A stretch of DNA of 64,000 nt, from positions 1,824,001-1,888,000 of the forward strand of contig CBDCKW010000009.1 in NCBI GenBank assembly GCA_965218435.1, read 5' to 3'. The DNA is from Truepera sp. (GTDB lineage: Bacteria > Deinococcota > Deinococci > Deinococcales > Trueperaceae). Below the pieces are notes generated by a model, which had not been told where the DNA came from, ran no database searches, and saw only the letters and a program-made list of their open reading frames with translations. Below, piece after piece: positions 28,993 to 39,147 of the stretch (the first letter of the stretch is position 1; each line of letters begins with the position of its first letter). Made by a program: the position numbers and the translations under genes.

Positions 28993-30414
28993 TCATTTTG
29001 AGGCTCGAGCCAATCCCTCCAGCCACACTTTTATAGGGCTGTAGCCTGTTTGCACATCTTTTACGGTGACCGGTAGCGAGATGTCCGGCGTTAAGGTGTC
29101 GGCAGGGTCGCGGCTTGGGTCAGGACGGACGAAGTATTTGTAAGATACGCGTAAAGGTAAGTTGAGGTTTGGCGTGATGAACTCAAGGTAATCGCCGTAA
29201 CTCGTCGGCATCCCGCCCGTAGCTTCGCCTACAAAAGTGGCGACGTGGTTATCACTAAACACCGTGGCGGTATCTACAGCCGAACTAAAAGATGCGGAAT
29301 CGATTAAGATATAAACTTTTCCAGTAAAAATTGGAGACTCTTTCGGAATGACTTCATTTTCTGATGCTATTCGATAAACATTTCCACCAAGTGCTACGCC
29401 GCCCACTTGATGATTACGGGCAGCTTCGTCGAATTGCGCTTGTGTAAAACCTAACGCCTGTAACGCCGCAGACGAAAAGCGGTTATCGGCAGAGAAGCTG
29501 CGGAAACTTCTCTTCGGCAAATATGCCATAAGTGTGTACATCAGGCTAGAATCGCCACCACCATTTTGCTGAACGCTGATGACTACATTGCCGACACCCG
29601 TAGCCGATACCTCTTCAAAAAACCGTTGCACTTCTGCACGGTATTCGGGTGTGACTTCAAAATGTCGCAACCAAAAGAAACCATAATTTTTGGGTTTGTC
29701 TAGTCGCCAAGCCAAGGTGTCGTTGATAAGGTGCCAACTACCGCTGAGCCCCCTAGCCTTCTCGAGCAACTCATCCAACGCTTTAGACTGCCCAATGCTG
29801 TAGCTCGTCAGTCCTACTTTTACGGTCTTAACCAAACCGGAAGGCGTGCGGAGCGTCAGAGTTACAGCGTCGTTTTGAACCACGCCCAGCCACCGCAACA
29901 CGCTCTCAGCGGGCAAAATGTAAGCACCCATTTCTTGTACCCAGTAACGATTTTCCGAAACCAGCCGCGACAGTTTGCGTTCTAACGCTTCAGTGTCCAA
30001 ATCGCCGATTTTTAAGACTTCACTGGCAACCGGAATCTCTACTTTGGAGCCTGTGACCGGCGCAACTACAAGCCCGTCTGAGAGCCACGCAAAAGAGAGC
30101 GGTAGGTAACGCGAGCTGCCAAAGGTTAGGTCAGTCGAGGTGTGGGCGTCGTTTACGACCCGTAAAAGCTCCGCAACGGTTACACCCACGCGCCACCGTG
30201 GGACTTCATCCGGCAAAGCTCGAGTCAGAGAGGCGGCTTTGGCCTCGAGCTTTTCTCTTACCCCTTTGTTGACCAGCGCCGGATGCACTTCAGACACGGT
30301 TTTTACGGTGTAGGCAAGGTCTTGCGCCAGCGCCGCTTTAGAAACACTTTGAGCTGAAGTGGAGGCTGCGAAAAGAGCCGTAAAAAGGCAAACGGAAAAC
30401 AAACTGATTTTCAT
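28993..30414 (-). CDS. Secreted S41-family peptidase-like protein
   Basis: Signal peptide, VHP, DAHT, NGGGDS, SFSSA, VGEATGG, TPD. Confidence 0.75.
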   Translation of the reverse strand: MKISLFSVCLFTALFAASTSAQSVSKAALAQDLAYTVKTVSEVHPALVNKGVREKLEAKAASLTRALPDEVPRWRVGVTVAELLRVVNDAHTSTDLTFGSSRYLPLSFAWLSDGLVVAPVTGSKVEIPVASEVLKIGDLDTEALERKLSRLVSENRYWVQEMGAYILPAESVLRWLGVVQNDAVTLTLRTPSGLVKTVKVGLTSYSIGQSKALDELLEKARGLSGSWHLINDTLAWRLDKPKNYGFFWLRHFEVTPEYRAEVQRFFEEVSATGVGNVVISVQQNGGGDSSLMYTLMAYLPKRSFRSFSADNRFSSAALQALGFTQAQFDEAARNHQVGGVALGGNVYRIASENEVIPKESPIFTGKVYILIDSASFSSAVDTATVFSDNHVATFVGEATGGMPTSYGDYLEFITPNLNLPLRVSYKYFVRPDPSRDPADTLTPDISLPVTVKDVQTGYSPIKVWLEGLARASK

Positions 30415-30436
30415 AGTAGAGTCTACTCACGTACAG

Positions 30437-30474
30437 AAAAAAGAGCAATGAGTAGTAAAACCTCATTACTTTTT
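30437..30474 (-). terminator. Possible intrinsic terminator
   Basis: Minus strand GTAATGAG-loop-CTCATTGC followed by TCTTTTTT, just after the stop at 30483. Confidence 0.35.
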
Positions 30475-30482
30475 ACCTATTT

Positions 30483-30812
30483 TTAGAACGTGATCTCATA
30501 TGTCCCGAACCCCTCCGCGCTCGGTCCCCCGAAGGTCACCTCGGCAGCTTGCGGAACCGCGTCTTGCGCGGCAGCGGCATCAAAGGTCGCCGTCACCTCA
30601 CCGGGCAGGTCAGCAAAGCTCCAGTTGTCGTCGGCGCTCGGATTGACCGACCCTTCGGCAGCGAGGTAGCCGATTAACACCTGCCGGTTTTCGTCGGGCG
30701 AGTCGATGACGATGTTTGAGCCGTCCAGACCGGGGAACGCCCCGCCGCCCGAGGCGCGGCAGTTGCTGGTGGCGACTAAAAGAAGCAGTGTCGCGGCTGA
30801 AAAGACCGTCAA
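30483..30812 (-). CDS. Hypothetical exported protein or gene fragment
   Basis: Hydrophobic N-terminus with Cys, then acidic beta-rich sequence; no family recognised. Confidence 0.35.
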   Translation of the reverse strand: MTVFSAATLLLLVATSNCRASGGGAFPGLDGSNIVIDSPDENRQVLIGYLAAEGSVNPSADDNWSFADLPGEVTATFDAAAAQDAVPQAAEVTFGGPSAEGFGTYEITF

Positions 30813-30814
30813 GT

Positions 30815-31078
30815 TTAGAGACCGTTAGCTGTAAGCACCTCGAGCACGTTGCGGGCGGCTCTCGTGACCCCTGGATGCGACGCTTCAAAACGCTCCACGG
30901 TATCCTCGAGCCTTGTCCGGTAATTCGGGTCAGCTGCGACGATAACATGAGGGTCAGGGTGCTCCAACGTCTTTTTAGTATCTTGTTGCAGTGCGGTTAA
31001 GGTCTCATGCGCTTCTTTGGAATTGGCTTGGTCGAGTTCGGTATGGAGGTGCTCGAGGGGTTCACGCAGTTGGCTCAT
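30815..31078 (-). CDS. DUF4404-like small protein
   Basis: LHTEL, ERFEASHP, C-terminal LTANGL; RBS AGGAG. Confidence 0.75.
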   Translation of the reverse strand: MSQLREPLEHLHTELDQANSKEAHETLTALQQDTKKTLEHPDPHVIVAADPNYRTRLEDTVERFEASHPGVTRAARNVLEVLTANGL

Positions 31079-31110
31079 GATAAGGCTCCTTTACATGAAG
31101 TTTTCTGATC

Positions 31111-31635
31111 TTACCGCTCCGAATTCACCTTGTTCGCGCTTAGTTTCAGAATGAACTCTTCGACCTCCTTGCCACGTGCGTTGGAGAACCCCTTGTCCTC
31201 GCTGGAAATCGTGAACCCACATTTTTGCAGAACCCGAATCGATGCAACGTTATCTTTTGCAGCACGGGCATAAAGAGGGCGTACGTTTACGTGACCCAGG
31301 AGCTTTGAGAGTGCTTCTGTAGCGAAGCCCTTGCCCCAGTATTCCCTTCCAAGCCAGTAGCTAACTTCTCGCTCACTGAACTGCTCAAAGCTTGAGATAT
31401 TACCGGCTACCTGCCCACCAACGAGAATCGTCTTATTCACGTTAGCCTCGTCACCCAAAATCTTAGTCCAATGGGCCATAAACACGTTTCTGTCCGCCGG
31501 GTTTTTGGCCGTGAAGGCAGCCATATAGTTGGCATCTACGTCCAACTGCTGCTCGAAGAACACAAAAAGGTCGTCCTTTACAACGTCTCGTAGGAGGAGG
31601 TCGCGCGTCAAGGGGCTCGGTTCATGGTTGTCCAT
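31111..31635 (-). CDS. GNAT acetyltransferase (RimJ/RimL-like)
   Basis: YWLGREYWGKGFAT, DNVASIRVLQKCGF. Confidence 0.85.
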   Translation of the reverse strand: MDNHEPSPLTRDLLLRDVVKDDLFVFFEQQLDVDANYMAAFTAKNPADRNVFMAHWTKILGDEANVNKTILVGGQVAGNISSFEQFSEREVSYWLGREYWGKGFATEALSKLLGHVNVRPLYARAAKDNVASIRVLQKCGFTISSEDKGFSNARGKEVEEFILKLSANKVNSER

Positions 31636-31656
31636 ATCGTCCTCATCTCTGAGCAA

Positions 31657-32859
31657 TCAAGTTTCGGCTTCGCCGAGCACGCCCTTCAACCGCGCAACAA
31701 CTTCATCAACCTCTTCTTTGGTGATAATCAAGGGCGGGACAAAACGAATGACCGTCGCCCCGGCGTTGATGCTCAACACCCCGGCGTCACGAAGCGCACG
31801 GACGATGGGCGCAACTTTGCCCTTAAACTCGACGCCGATCATTAGACCTAGCCCACGAACCGAGCGAATTTGCGGTGCGTCGAGGGCGCGGAGTTGCTCT
31901 TGAAAATACGCCCCGACTTCCGCTGCATTTTGGATGAGATTACGCGCTTCAAACTCTTCTAACACTGCGACTCCAGCCGCCGACGCGAGCGCGTTGCCGC
32001 CGAAGGTCGTGCCGTGGCCCCCGGCGGGCATCTTCGCGGCGACTTCATCAGTCATCAGGAGTGCGCCAATCGGGACGCCGCCGCCCAAACCTTTAGCGAG
32101 CGTGACCATATCGGGTTTGACGTTGTAGTGTTCCGTCGCTAAGAATTTGCCGGTACGCCCGACGCCGGACTGCACCTCGTCCATAATCAGCAGTGCGCCG
32201 CGCTCACGCGTAAGCCGCCGCGCCGCCTCTAAGAACGCCGGGGCAGCTTTGTACATTCCGCCTTCGCCCTGAACGGGCTCGAGAAACACCGCCGCCGTCT
32301 CGTCAGTAATCGCTGCGTCCAACTCGTCTAGCTTGTTAAACCCGATAAAGTGTGTGTCATACGGCAGCGGCCCAAACGGTTCACGGTATTTAGGCTCCCA
32401 AGTTAAGCCCAGCACGCCGAGCGTCCGGCCTGAAAACCCGCGTTTGGCTGCGACAAACCCGCTCCTCCCGGTGGCTACTCTCGCCCATTTCAGCGCCGCC
32501 TCGTTGACCTCACTGCCCGAGTTCGCCATAAAAACCCTTGTCAAACCCAAAGATTCCGGCACCACCGAGAAGAGTTTTTCGTAGAATTTGACCCGCGTGT
32601 CGTTGCCCTGCGCCTGCGAGCAGATGATGAGCTTTTCAGCCTGTTCTGTAATCGCCTTGGCGAGCCGTTTGTTGCCGTGACCGATGCTGGCAACCGCGAT
32701 ACCCGCCATGCAGTCCAAGTATTCGTTACCTTCAGCGTCGTAAATCTTTACGCCGTCGCCGTGCGTCAGTACGATGTCCGGGTGCCATAAGCCGCTGTTG
32801 TGGTCGTCATCTTGCTCGAGCAGTTCTTGCGTTCTCGTTTGTGCCTGCGTTTGTGACAT
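31657..32859 (-). CDS. lysJ: [LysW]-aminoadipate semialdehyde transaminase (class III aminotransferase)
   Basis: NSGSEVNEAALK, RGFSGRT, EPVQGEGG, DEVQSG, LAKGLGGG, HGTTFGGN; in LysW cluster. Confidence 0.9.
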   Translation of the reverse strand: MSQTQAQTRTQELLEQDDDHNSGLWHPDIVLTHGDGVKIYDAEGNEYLDCMAGIAVASIGHGNKRLAKAITEQAEKLIICSQAQGNDTRVKFYEKLFSVVPESLGLTRVFMANSGSEVNEAALKWARVATGRSGFVAAKRGFSGRTLGVLGLTWEPKYREPFGPLPYDTHFIGFNKLDELDAAITDETAAVFLEPVQGEGGMYKAAPAFLEAARRLTRERGALLIMDEVQSGVGRTGKFLATEHYNVKPDMVTLAKGLGGGVPIGALLMTDEVAAKMPAGGHGTTFGGNALASAAGVAVLEEFEARNLIQNAAEVGAYFQEQLRALDAPQIRSVRGLGLMIGVEFKGKVAPIVRALRDAGVLSINAGATVIRFVPPLIITKEEVDEVVARLKGVLGEAET

Positions 32860-32869
32860 AGTTTCTCCT

Positions 32870-33328
32870 CTAGCTATCGTAAAGCACAACATGCTTGAGC
32901 GTTTGCGGAAGGTTCTCGAGTCGGTCTCTCAAAAAGTCAGGTTTCAGGTTGACTTCTTTGGTTTCTGCTGCGTTTACCCATAACAGTTCATCGTCATCAT
33001 CGGCAACCCGTAAAAGCAGCTCCGAGCCAGGTAAAACGACTTCATAGTACAGACAAAGCTCATGCACTCGTTTTCCGTGCAAACTGAAAAAGTTTTCAAC
33101 AAAAAACGCTAGACGCTCGACCTTTGCCACAACCTCGAGTTCTTCTTGCAACTCACGCACAACAGCCTCTAATGAAGATTCGCCGTCTTTTACTCTACCA
33201 CCGGAGAGATAACAAAAATTATCTCTTTTAGAGCGGCACACCAGATAGTCATTTTTACGTCGAACAATCGCCGCCACGCGGTAGTTGAAGAAGTGTTCAC
33301 CAATTTTTACGGTAATGTCTTGTGCCAT
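32870..33328 (-). CDS. NUDIX hydrolase
   Basis: GGRVKDGESSLEAVVRELQEEL Nudix box; ENFF...HELCLYY. Confidence 0.85.
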   Translation of the reverse strand: MAQDITVKIGEHFFNYRVAAIVRRKNDYLVCRSKRDNFCYLSGGRVKDGESSLEAVVRELQEELEVVAKVERLAFFVENFFSLHGKRVHELCLYYEVVLPGSELLLRVADDDDELLWVNAAETKEVNLKPDFLRDRLENLPQTLKHVVLYDS

Positions 33329-34131
33329 CAGTGAACGACTGTACCGCGTCCAGCTAAGGCCGCTGAAACGGGTTCAGAAATCCGTGCATCACCAAACACG
33401 ACCCGCTTAACCCCACCCTGCACCGCTTCGGCTGCACCCAAAACCTTTTTCTTCATCCGGTCATGGGCAAACGCCATAAAACTCTCGACCTCAGCCGCCG
33501 AAATCTCTGCAATCAGTGAAGCCTCGTTGGGAAAATCCCGAAGTAAACCGGGAACGTTCGATAAGAGCAAAAGTGCTTCGGCTTGAAATGCTACGGCTAA
33601 AGCCGCCGCTGCCCGGTCGCCGTCTACGTTGATGGCTACGCCGTCATAGCTCGAGCCCGGTGGCGTTAAAACAGGCAAGTAGCCGTTCTCGAGTAGTAGC
33701 GTTAAAAGCCCAGTATTGACCTGCTCAACCGTGCCGGTATGGTCACCACGCAAAATCTTGACCTTGCCGTTTTCAACGCTCCGCACCTTATCTTTGTGTT
33801 TGCCTTCAAAGATGCGCCCGTCCAGACCTGACAGCCCGACCGCGTTGACACCCAAACGCTGGAACCGCTCGACCAGCCCCTTGTTTTGCTTGCCGCAGTA
33901 GACCATCTCAAAGATTTCTAAAGTTTTACGGTCGGTAAAGCGACTCGAGTACCCCGACGGACTCGTCACAAATCTGGGCGGATGGCCCAGCTGTTCGGCA
34001 ATCCGGTTCGTTTCGGCGCTGCCGCCGTGAACGACGATGAGCTTCTCCCCTGCTCGGTGTAGCGCCGCCACGTCTTCACAGAGTGCGTCATAGTCGATGC
34101 CGAGCGAGCCGCCGACTTTGACGACGATCAC
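33328..34131 (-). CDS. lysZ: [LysW]-aminoadipate kinase
   Basis: VVKVGGS, VHGGS, SPSGYSSRFTD, NVDGDRAAA, MKKK. Confidence 0.92.
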   Translation of the reverse strand: MIVVKVGGSLGIDYDALCEDVAALHRAGEKLIVVHGGSAETNRIAEQLGHPPRFVTSPSGYSSRFTDRKTLEIFEMVYCGKQNKGLVERFQRLGVNAVGLSGLDGRIFEGKHKDKVRSVENGKVKILRGDHTGTVEQVNTGLLTLLLENGYLPVLTPPGSSYDGVAINVDGDRAAAALAVAFQAEALLLLSNVPGLLRDFPNEASLIAEISAAEVESFMAFAHDRMKKKVLGAAEAVQGGVKRVVFGDARISEPVSAALAGRGTVVH

Positions 34132-34535
34132 GGCAAAAGCTCCAGATGCGTCATTCCTTTGGGTTTTAGAAAGGTGAAATGACGACGGTCGAGGGTAAGG
34201 ATGCGGGGTACGCGTAGGCGCTCAGCGAGCGCCATAACTGACGTATCTACAAAACCGAGGTTGGCGTCCCTATACTGTTGCCTCAGCTCGAGCGCCCGCT
34301 TAATGTCCGTAAGTTCAATCTGCGCAAAGTCGTAAGCGCCACTTATGAGGTCTTCCAAAAAGGTTTGTGCAGTTGCAGCGCCCAAACGAGTGGTCGCCAT
34401 ATAATCCACTTCGTAAATGACCGAACTCGGTACGATCACGCTCTCCTGCTCGAGTAACGCACGCGCAGAGGCGTGCAGTGCGTGGTCGGCGTCGAGCAGT
34501 ACCAGTATTCCACTGGTATCAGCGATAAGGCTCAA
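34128..34535 (-). CDS. vapC: VapC PIN-domain toxin
   Basis: IADTSG, YEVD, LGFVD, LTLDRRHF. Confidence 0.9.
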   Translation of the reverse strand: MSLIADTSGILVLLDADHALHASARALLEQESVIVPSSVIYEVDYMATTRLGAATAQTFLEDLISGAYDFAQIELTDIKRALELRQQYRDANLGFVDTSVMALAERLRVPRILTLDRRHFTFLKPKGMTHLELLP

Positions 34536-34804
34536 GACCCTACTTCTGCTGTTCGGGCTTCCATAAGGCGCACATACTTTTCCTCGTAGAGTTTATGCAG
34601 TAGTTCTTCGTCGTGTTCTGCTAAGTCGGGTACACCGCTGCGGCCCATCCCGACCGAACGGGGCAACGGGCGCGGCGCACGCTGCTCTACATAGGTTGTA
34701 AGTGCTTCGCGGATAAGCTCTGCTTTAGAACGCCCCTGCTGCCGCGCCAGCTGAGAAAGATTTAGGTCGGTTTGTTCCTCGAGATAAACCGTCGTCCGTT
34801 TCAT
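34532..34804 (-). CDS. vapB: CopG/ribbon-helix-helix antitoxin
   Basis: MKRTTVYL...GRSKAELIREAL; overlaps the PIN gene by 4 nt. Confidence 0.85.
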   Translation of the reverse strand: MKRTTVYLEEQTDLNLSQLARQQGRSKAELIREALTTYVEQRAPRPLPRSVGMGRSGVPDLAEHDEELLHKLYEEKYVRLMEARTAEVGS

Positions 34805-34805
34805 G

Positions 34806-34822
34806 ACATATATGTTAGCATA
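34806..34822 (-). promoter_or_regulatory. Putative -10 box (TATGCT) plus palindromic operator ACATATATGT for vapBC
   Basis: Perfect 10-bp palindrome at 34806-34815 immediately before the antitoxin ATG; TATGCT at 34817-34822 on the minus strand. Confidence 0.5.
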
Positions 34823-34845
34823 CACAAATCTTAGTAAGGCACCTG

Positions 34846-35265
34846 TTACTCCAAAGAAGACGCCGCTACAGCTTTGCGGCGCATCAGCCGCTCCGGATTT
34901 ACCGAACGTTCAAACCCGAAAGATTCGTAGAGCCCGTGCGCGTCTCTCGTAAAGAGCGTCCAGTTACACGTCCGTAATTCCGGGTGAGTCAAAACAGTCT
35001 CGAGCAGACGTTTTCCGAGTCCGTGACCCCTATGCGCCTCTAAGATAAAGACGTCGGCTAGATAGGCGAACGTCGCGTAATCGGTAATCACCCTAGCAAA
35101 TCCGACCTGCGCGTCACCCTCGTAAACGCCAAAACAGAGCGAGCCTCTAATAGCCGCAGTGACGGCCTTAAACGTCCGCCCTTCAGCCCAATACGAAGTT
35201 GTCAGAAAGGTGTGAATAAGCGGGACGTCCAGCTTAGCTTTGTCCGTACTGATAATGTAGATCAT
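34846..35265 (-). CDS. GNAT acetyltransferase
   Basis: SYWA, QVGFARVITD, YLADVFI, HRGHGLGK, TRDAHGLY. Confidence 0.9.
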   Translation of the reverse strand: MIYIISTDKAKLDVPLIHTFLTTSYWAEGRTFKAVTAAIRGSLCFGVYEGDAQVGFARVITDYATFAYLADVFILEAHRGHGLGKRLLETVLTHPELRTCNWTLFTRDAHGLYESFGFERSVNPERLMRRKAVAASSLE

Positions 35266-36437
35266 TTAGTTCCTGCTTGTAGGGCGGCTCGAGTTGAGCG
35301 GGTAAGTCCGGTAGGCAGTACGAGTTTTTTTGCGCCCAAGTAAGCCATAAACCTTTTTACAGCCTCGGTGAGCGCCGCCAGCATCTCCGCGTCCGGCGTC
35401 ACGTCCGGCTCCCAAAACCAGGCGTAAAGCTCCCAGACGTCACCTTTAACGCGTGAATCGAACCGCGCCACAAAACGGCCTTGGTAAAAGACCGGCAGCA
35501 CGTAGTAGCCCCACGTCCGCAGCGCTTCAGGTTTATAGACCTCCCAAAGATAGTTAAAGCCGAAGATGTGCGAGGCGGCTTTACGGTCCCACAACAGTTG
35601 GTCGAGTGGGGCGACGAAGGTCATGCACTTACTCGGCGCAGCTTCGTCTAGCTTTGTCAGCGTCTCCGGTAACGCGTGAAACCGCACGCCGTCAACGTCA
35701 ACCGGCACGAGTTTACCTTTAGCGACAAGTTGCTCAATCACGGCCCGCCGCGCCGCTGCCGAAATACCCAAGCTCCAAACCTCGGCGCTGGCGTTCGGCC
35801 TCAAGAGTCCAACAGCCTGATGACGCAAAAGGATGAGCCACGTCACCATCTCAGCTTCCGGGAGGGGTGCGGCGTTATAAAGGTCTGGCGGAACGATGCG
35901 CTCGGAGAGGTTATAGATGTGATGCCCGTTTTTACGCCCGGAGGTCATCACTTTGCCGGTATGCCACAGCGCCCGCAACACGTTTTTCGTGAGTTTCGGG
36001 CCGTACCACGAGCCTTCCCATTCGGGTTTATGCAGCTGATACCTAAACGCCGTACTGCTCAGTGGGCCGCGCTCACGCAGTTCACTCAGTACGGCGTCTA
36101 CCGCCTCCGGGAAAACCTGCAAGATACGTTCATCCCACCGGCTTTTATGCCAATGGTGATAGATACGGCGCGTCGGCCAGTCCTTCATCAAGACAAGTGA
36201 CGCTTGTTTATCCCACGCGTCGTAGATAAACCGTTCTCGATAGGCGAGCCGCTCCCAGTCGCCGACGCGGTAGCCGGGAACCCGCGCCTGCAAGACCAAA
36301 TCGTGATTGCGACCCACCGGATTTAAGGGGTCGTACTGGACGCTGCCGAGGCGGGTCAGCACATTTTTAAGACTCCCCGGCGTGAAGTGATGGCGGGCGA
36401 GGAGGAGGCGCACATCCCTTTTGCTAAGTTTGAGCAT
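35262..36437 (-). CDS. HTH_42 family DNA glycosylase (YcaQ/AlkZ-like, crosslink repair)
   Basis: VQYDP (QxD motif), RVPGY, PLDQLLWDR, WEVYKP...WGYYVLP. Confidence 0.85.
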   Translation of the reverse strand: MLKLSKRDVRLLLARHHFTPGSLKNVLTRLGSVQYDPLNPVGRNHDLVLQARVPGYRVGDWERLAYRERFIYDAWDKQASLVLMKDWPTRRIYHHWHKSRWDERILQVFPEAVDAVLSELRERGPLSSTAFRYQLHKPEWEGSWYGPKLTKNVLRALWHTGKVMTSGRKNGHHIYNLSERIVPPDLYNAAPLPEAEMVTWLILLRHQAVGLLRPNASAEVWSLGISAAARRAVIEQLVAKGKLVPVDVDGVRFHALPETLTKLDEAAPSKCMTFVAPLDQLLWDRKAASHIFGFNYLWEVYKPEALRTWGYYVLPVFYQGRFVARFDSRVKGDVWELYAWFWEPDVTPDAEMLAALTEAVKRFMAYLGAKKLVLPTGLTRSTRAALQAGTK

Positions 36438-36897
36438 CTTCAGGCGGTGGACTCCAGCAACCTAAAAGCTGCCGTAAAAGAACGATTTTACCCAGGTGGT
36501 AGGCGCTGTGAACGGCAAGCACTTCGAGTGCGTTCCTCCAGGTGAAGCCGGGGTTATCGTCTGTTTCTTCAGTCTCGAGCCAAGCTTCATCTCGAGCAAG
36601 TTTTACGGCACGCTCCGAGTAAGCGAGAAACGAAGCTACCAGCGCCTGCCAAGCCGCTTCATTTTCGGGTGCAGAACCAGCAGGAAACTGCCCGCCTTGA
36701 TCAAAACGTTCAAAAGCTGCTTCGTCACGGTTTAAAACGATACGCTGCCACTCGGCGGCGTGCCACAGCTCCTCAAAAATGCTGTGCGGCGCTCCGGCAG
36801 GGCGTGTGCTAACTTGCTCGACTGTAAGCTCCTCGAGAATATGCGCACGGGGCGCAAACTCACCGGTTAGAAAAAGATGCTCCCAGACGTTTACCAT
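36424..36897 (-). CDS. DinB family protein
   Basis: PHSIFEELWH, HSAYHLGKIVLLRQ; RBS AGGAGG before ATG at 36897. Confidence 0.85.
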   Translation of the reverse strand: MVNVWEHLFLTGEFAPRAHILEELTVEQVSTRPAGAPHSIFEELWHAAEWQRIVLNRDEAAFERFDQGGQFPAGSAPENEAAWQALVASFLAYSERAVKLARDEAWLETEETDDNPGFTWRNALEVLAVHSAYHLGKIVLLRQLLGCWSPPPEDAQT

Positions 36898-36967
36898 GTC
36901 GCCTCCTTGAAAGTCACACTTTATGCTAGCCGCGAAAGCGGTCAAATCTTGTCCCAAATATAGTGCC

Positions 36968-37132
36968 CTACCACGTATCTCCACCCGACGGCGGCGGCCA
37001 CAGTCTCAGAAGTTGCCGTAAAAAGACCATCCGCCCGAAGTGATAGGCGTTATGGGCGATGAGGGACGCGAGCACGTGCGCGGGCGTAACAGACGCGCCA
37101 TCCGCAATAAGAAGTTTTTGCAGCGGTGTCAT
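36968..37132 (-). pseudogene. Internally deleted DinB paralogue (54 aa, below the ORF-track cutoff)
   Basis: Translates as MTPLQKLLIADGASVTPAHVLASLIAHNAYHFGRMVFLRQLLRLWPPPSGGDTW, matching the N- and C-termini of the adjacent DinB. Confidence 0.7.
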
Positions 37133-37151
37133 CCCCTAGTTTACAGATAGC

Positions 37152-38219
<1,068 letters not shown>

Positions 38220-38259
38220 TCATCACTGACCTCTTTCAGCTCGAGATTTGAGAGTGAGA

Positions 38260-39069
38260 TTAGAAAAATAATGCTATCGTCCTCCATAAACCGAGTAGCA
38301 AAGCAATTATGCCGAGCGCCTTAAATATCCAGTGTTCTCGCACGTACTCAACTAAAGTTGATGGATTAAGGCCGTGTATATCTACCCATTTGGCATCTGT
38401 TTTCAAAGTTCTGTCTGCCACCCGCTGAAAGATTTCCGAAAGCACATGGGATTTACGCAACGTAGATTGATGAAGCTTGACATACTCTCCTTTCTCAAAA
38501 GCTTCTGCTTCTTCAGCTCCTGACAGAAAATCCGTCCGGCTAATACCGTTTTTATCAACAAGGGTTTCCAAACGAGGATGACCTATATATTTCTTTCCAT
38601 ATATCTGACCAAGCGCCCGAGAAAGGTCAAACTTTTTCTCTTCGCTGAACAAAGAGTGCTCCAATTGTTGTCCTAGAACTTTGTAACGGTGTTCGATTGC
38701 TTCAAAACCATAGTTGATGTCTCGCATATTCCAGTGAACCCAGCTGCATGGTTTATTTGAATGAGCAAACTCGAAGAACTCATTCAGCATCTTTCGCTCT
38801 AAAGAATCGTAGTGCGAGTCTATTTCTTGAGTTGGTATATGCTCCTGCTCAGCGATCTTATGGATTGAAAAAGATTTTGTTTGACCAGAAGCTAGGTTGC
38901 TCACCGCAATAGATGTAATTCTAGGTGTGCTACCGTCGGGTCTGTCATAAAAGCTTTCACAAGAATAATGAATCATCAATGTTGTATCGGCTTTTCTGTC
39001 TAACTCTTCAATTTTTGCCAGGAGCTTTTCCCTCTGCTCAAGTCTTTTACGCTCTCTGCCCATTGACAA
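38260..39069 (-). CDS. Low-GC hypothetical protein, possible degenerate RNase H/DnaQ-like domain with C-terminal TM helix
   Basis: AT-rich codons relative to flanks; IHYSCES, RITSIAV, VHWNM, FDL; C-terminal WIFKALGIIALLLGLW. Confidence 0.6.
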   Translation of the reverse strand: MSMGRERKRLEQREKLLAKIEELDRKADTTLMIHYSCESFYDRPDGSTPRITSIAVSNLASGQTKSFSIHKIAEQEHIPTQEIDSHYDSLERKMLNEFFEFAHSNKPCSWVHWNMRDINYGFEAIEHRYKVLGQQLEHSLFSEEKKFDLSRALGQIYGKKYIGHPRLETLVDKNGISRTDFLSGAEEAEAFEKGEYVKLHQSTLRKSHVLSEIFQRVADRTLKTDAKWVDIHGLNPSTLVEYVREHWIFKALGIIALLLGLWRTIALFF

Positions 39070-39147
39070 GAAGTTTACCTAGAAATGACCGTCTGAGTTT
39101 ATGTATTTATGACGGTCATCGCTTTAGTATTCTTTTTGACTGACGGA

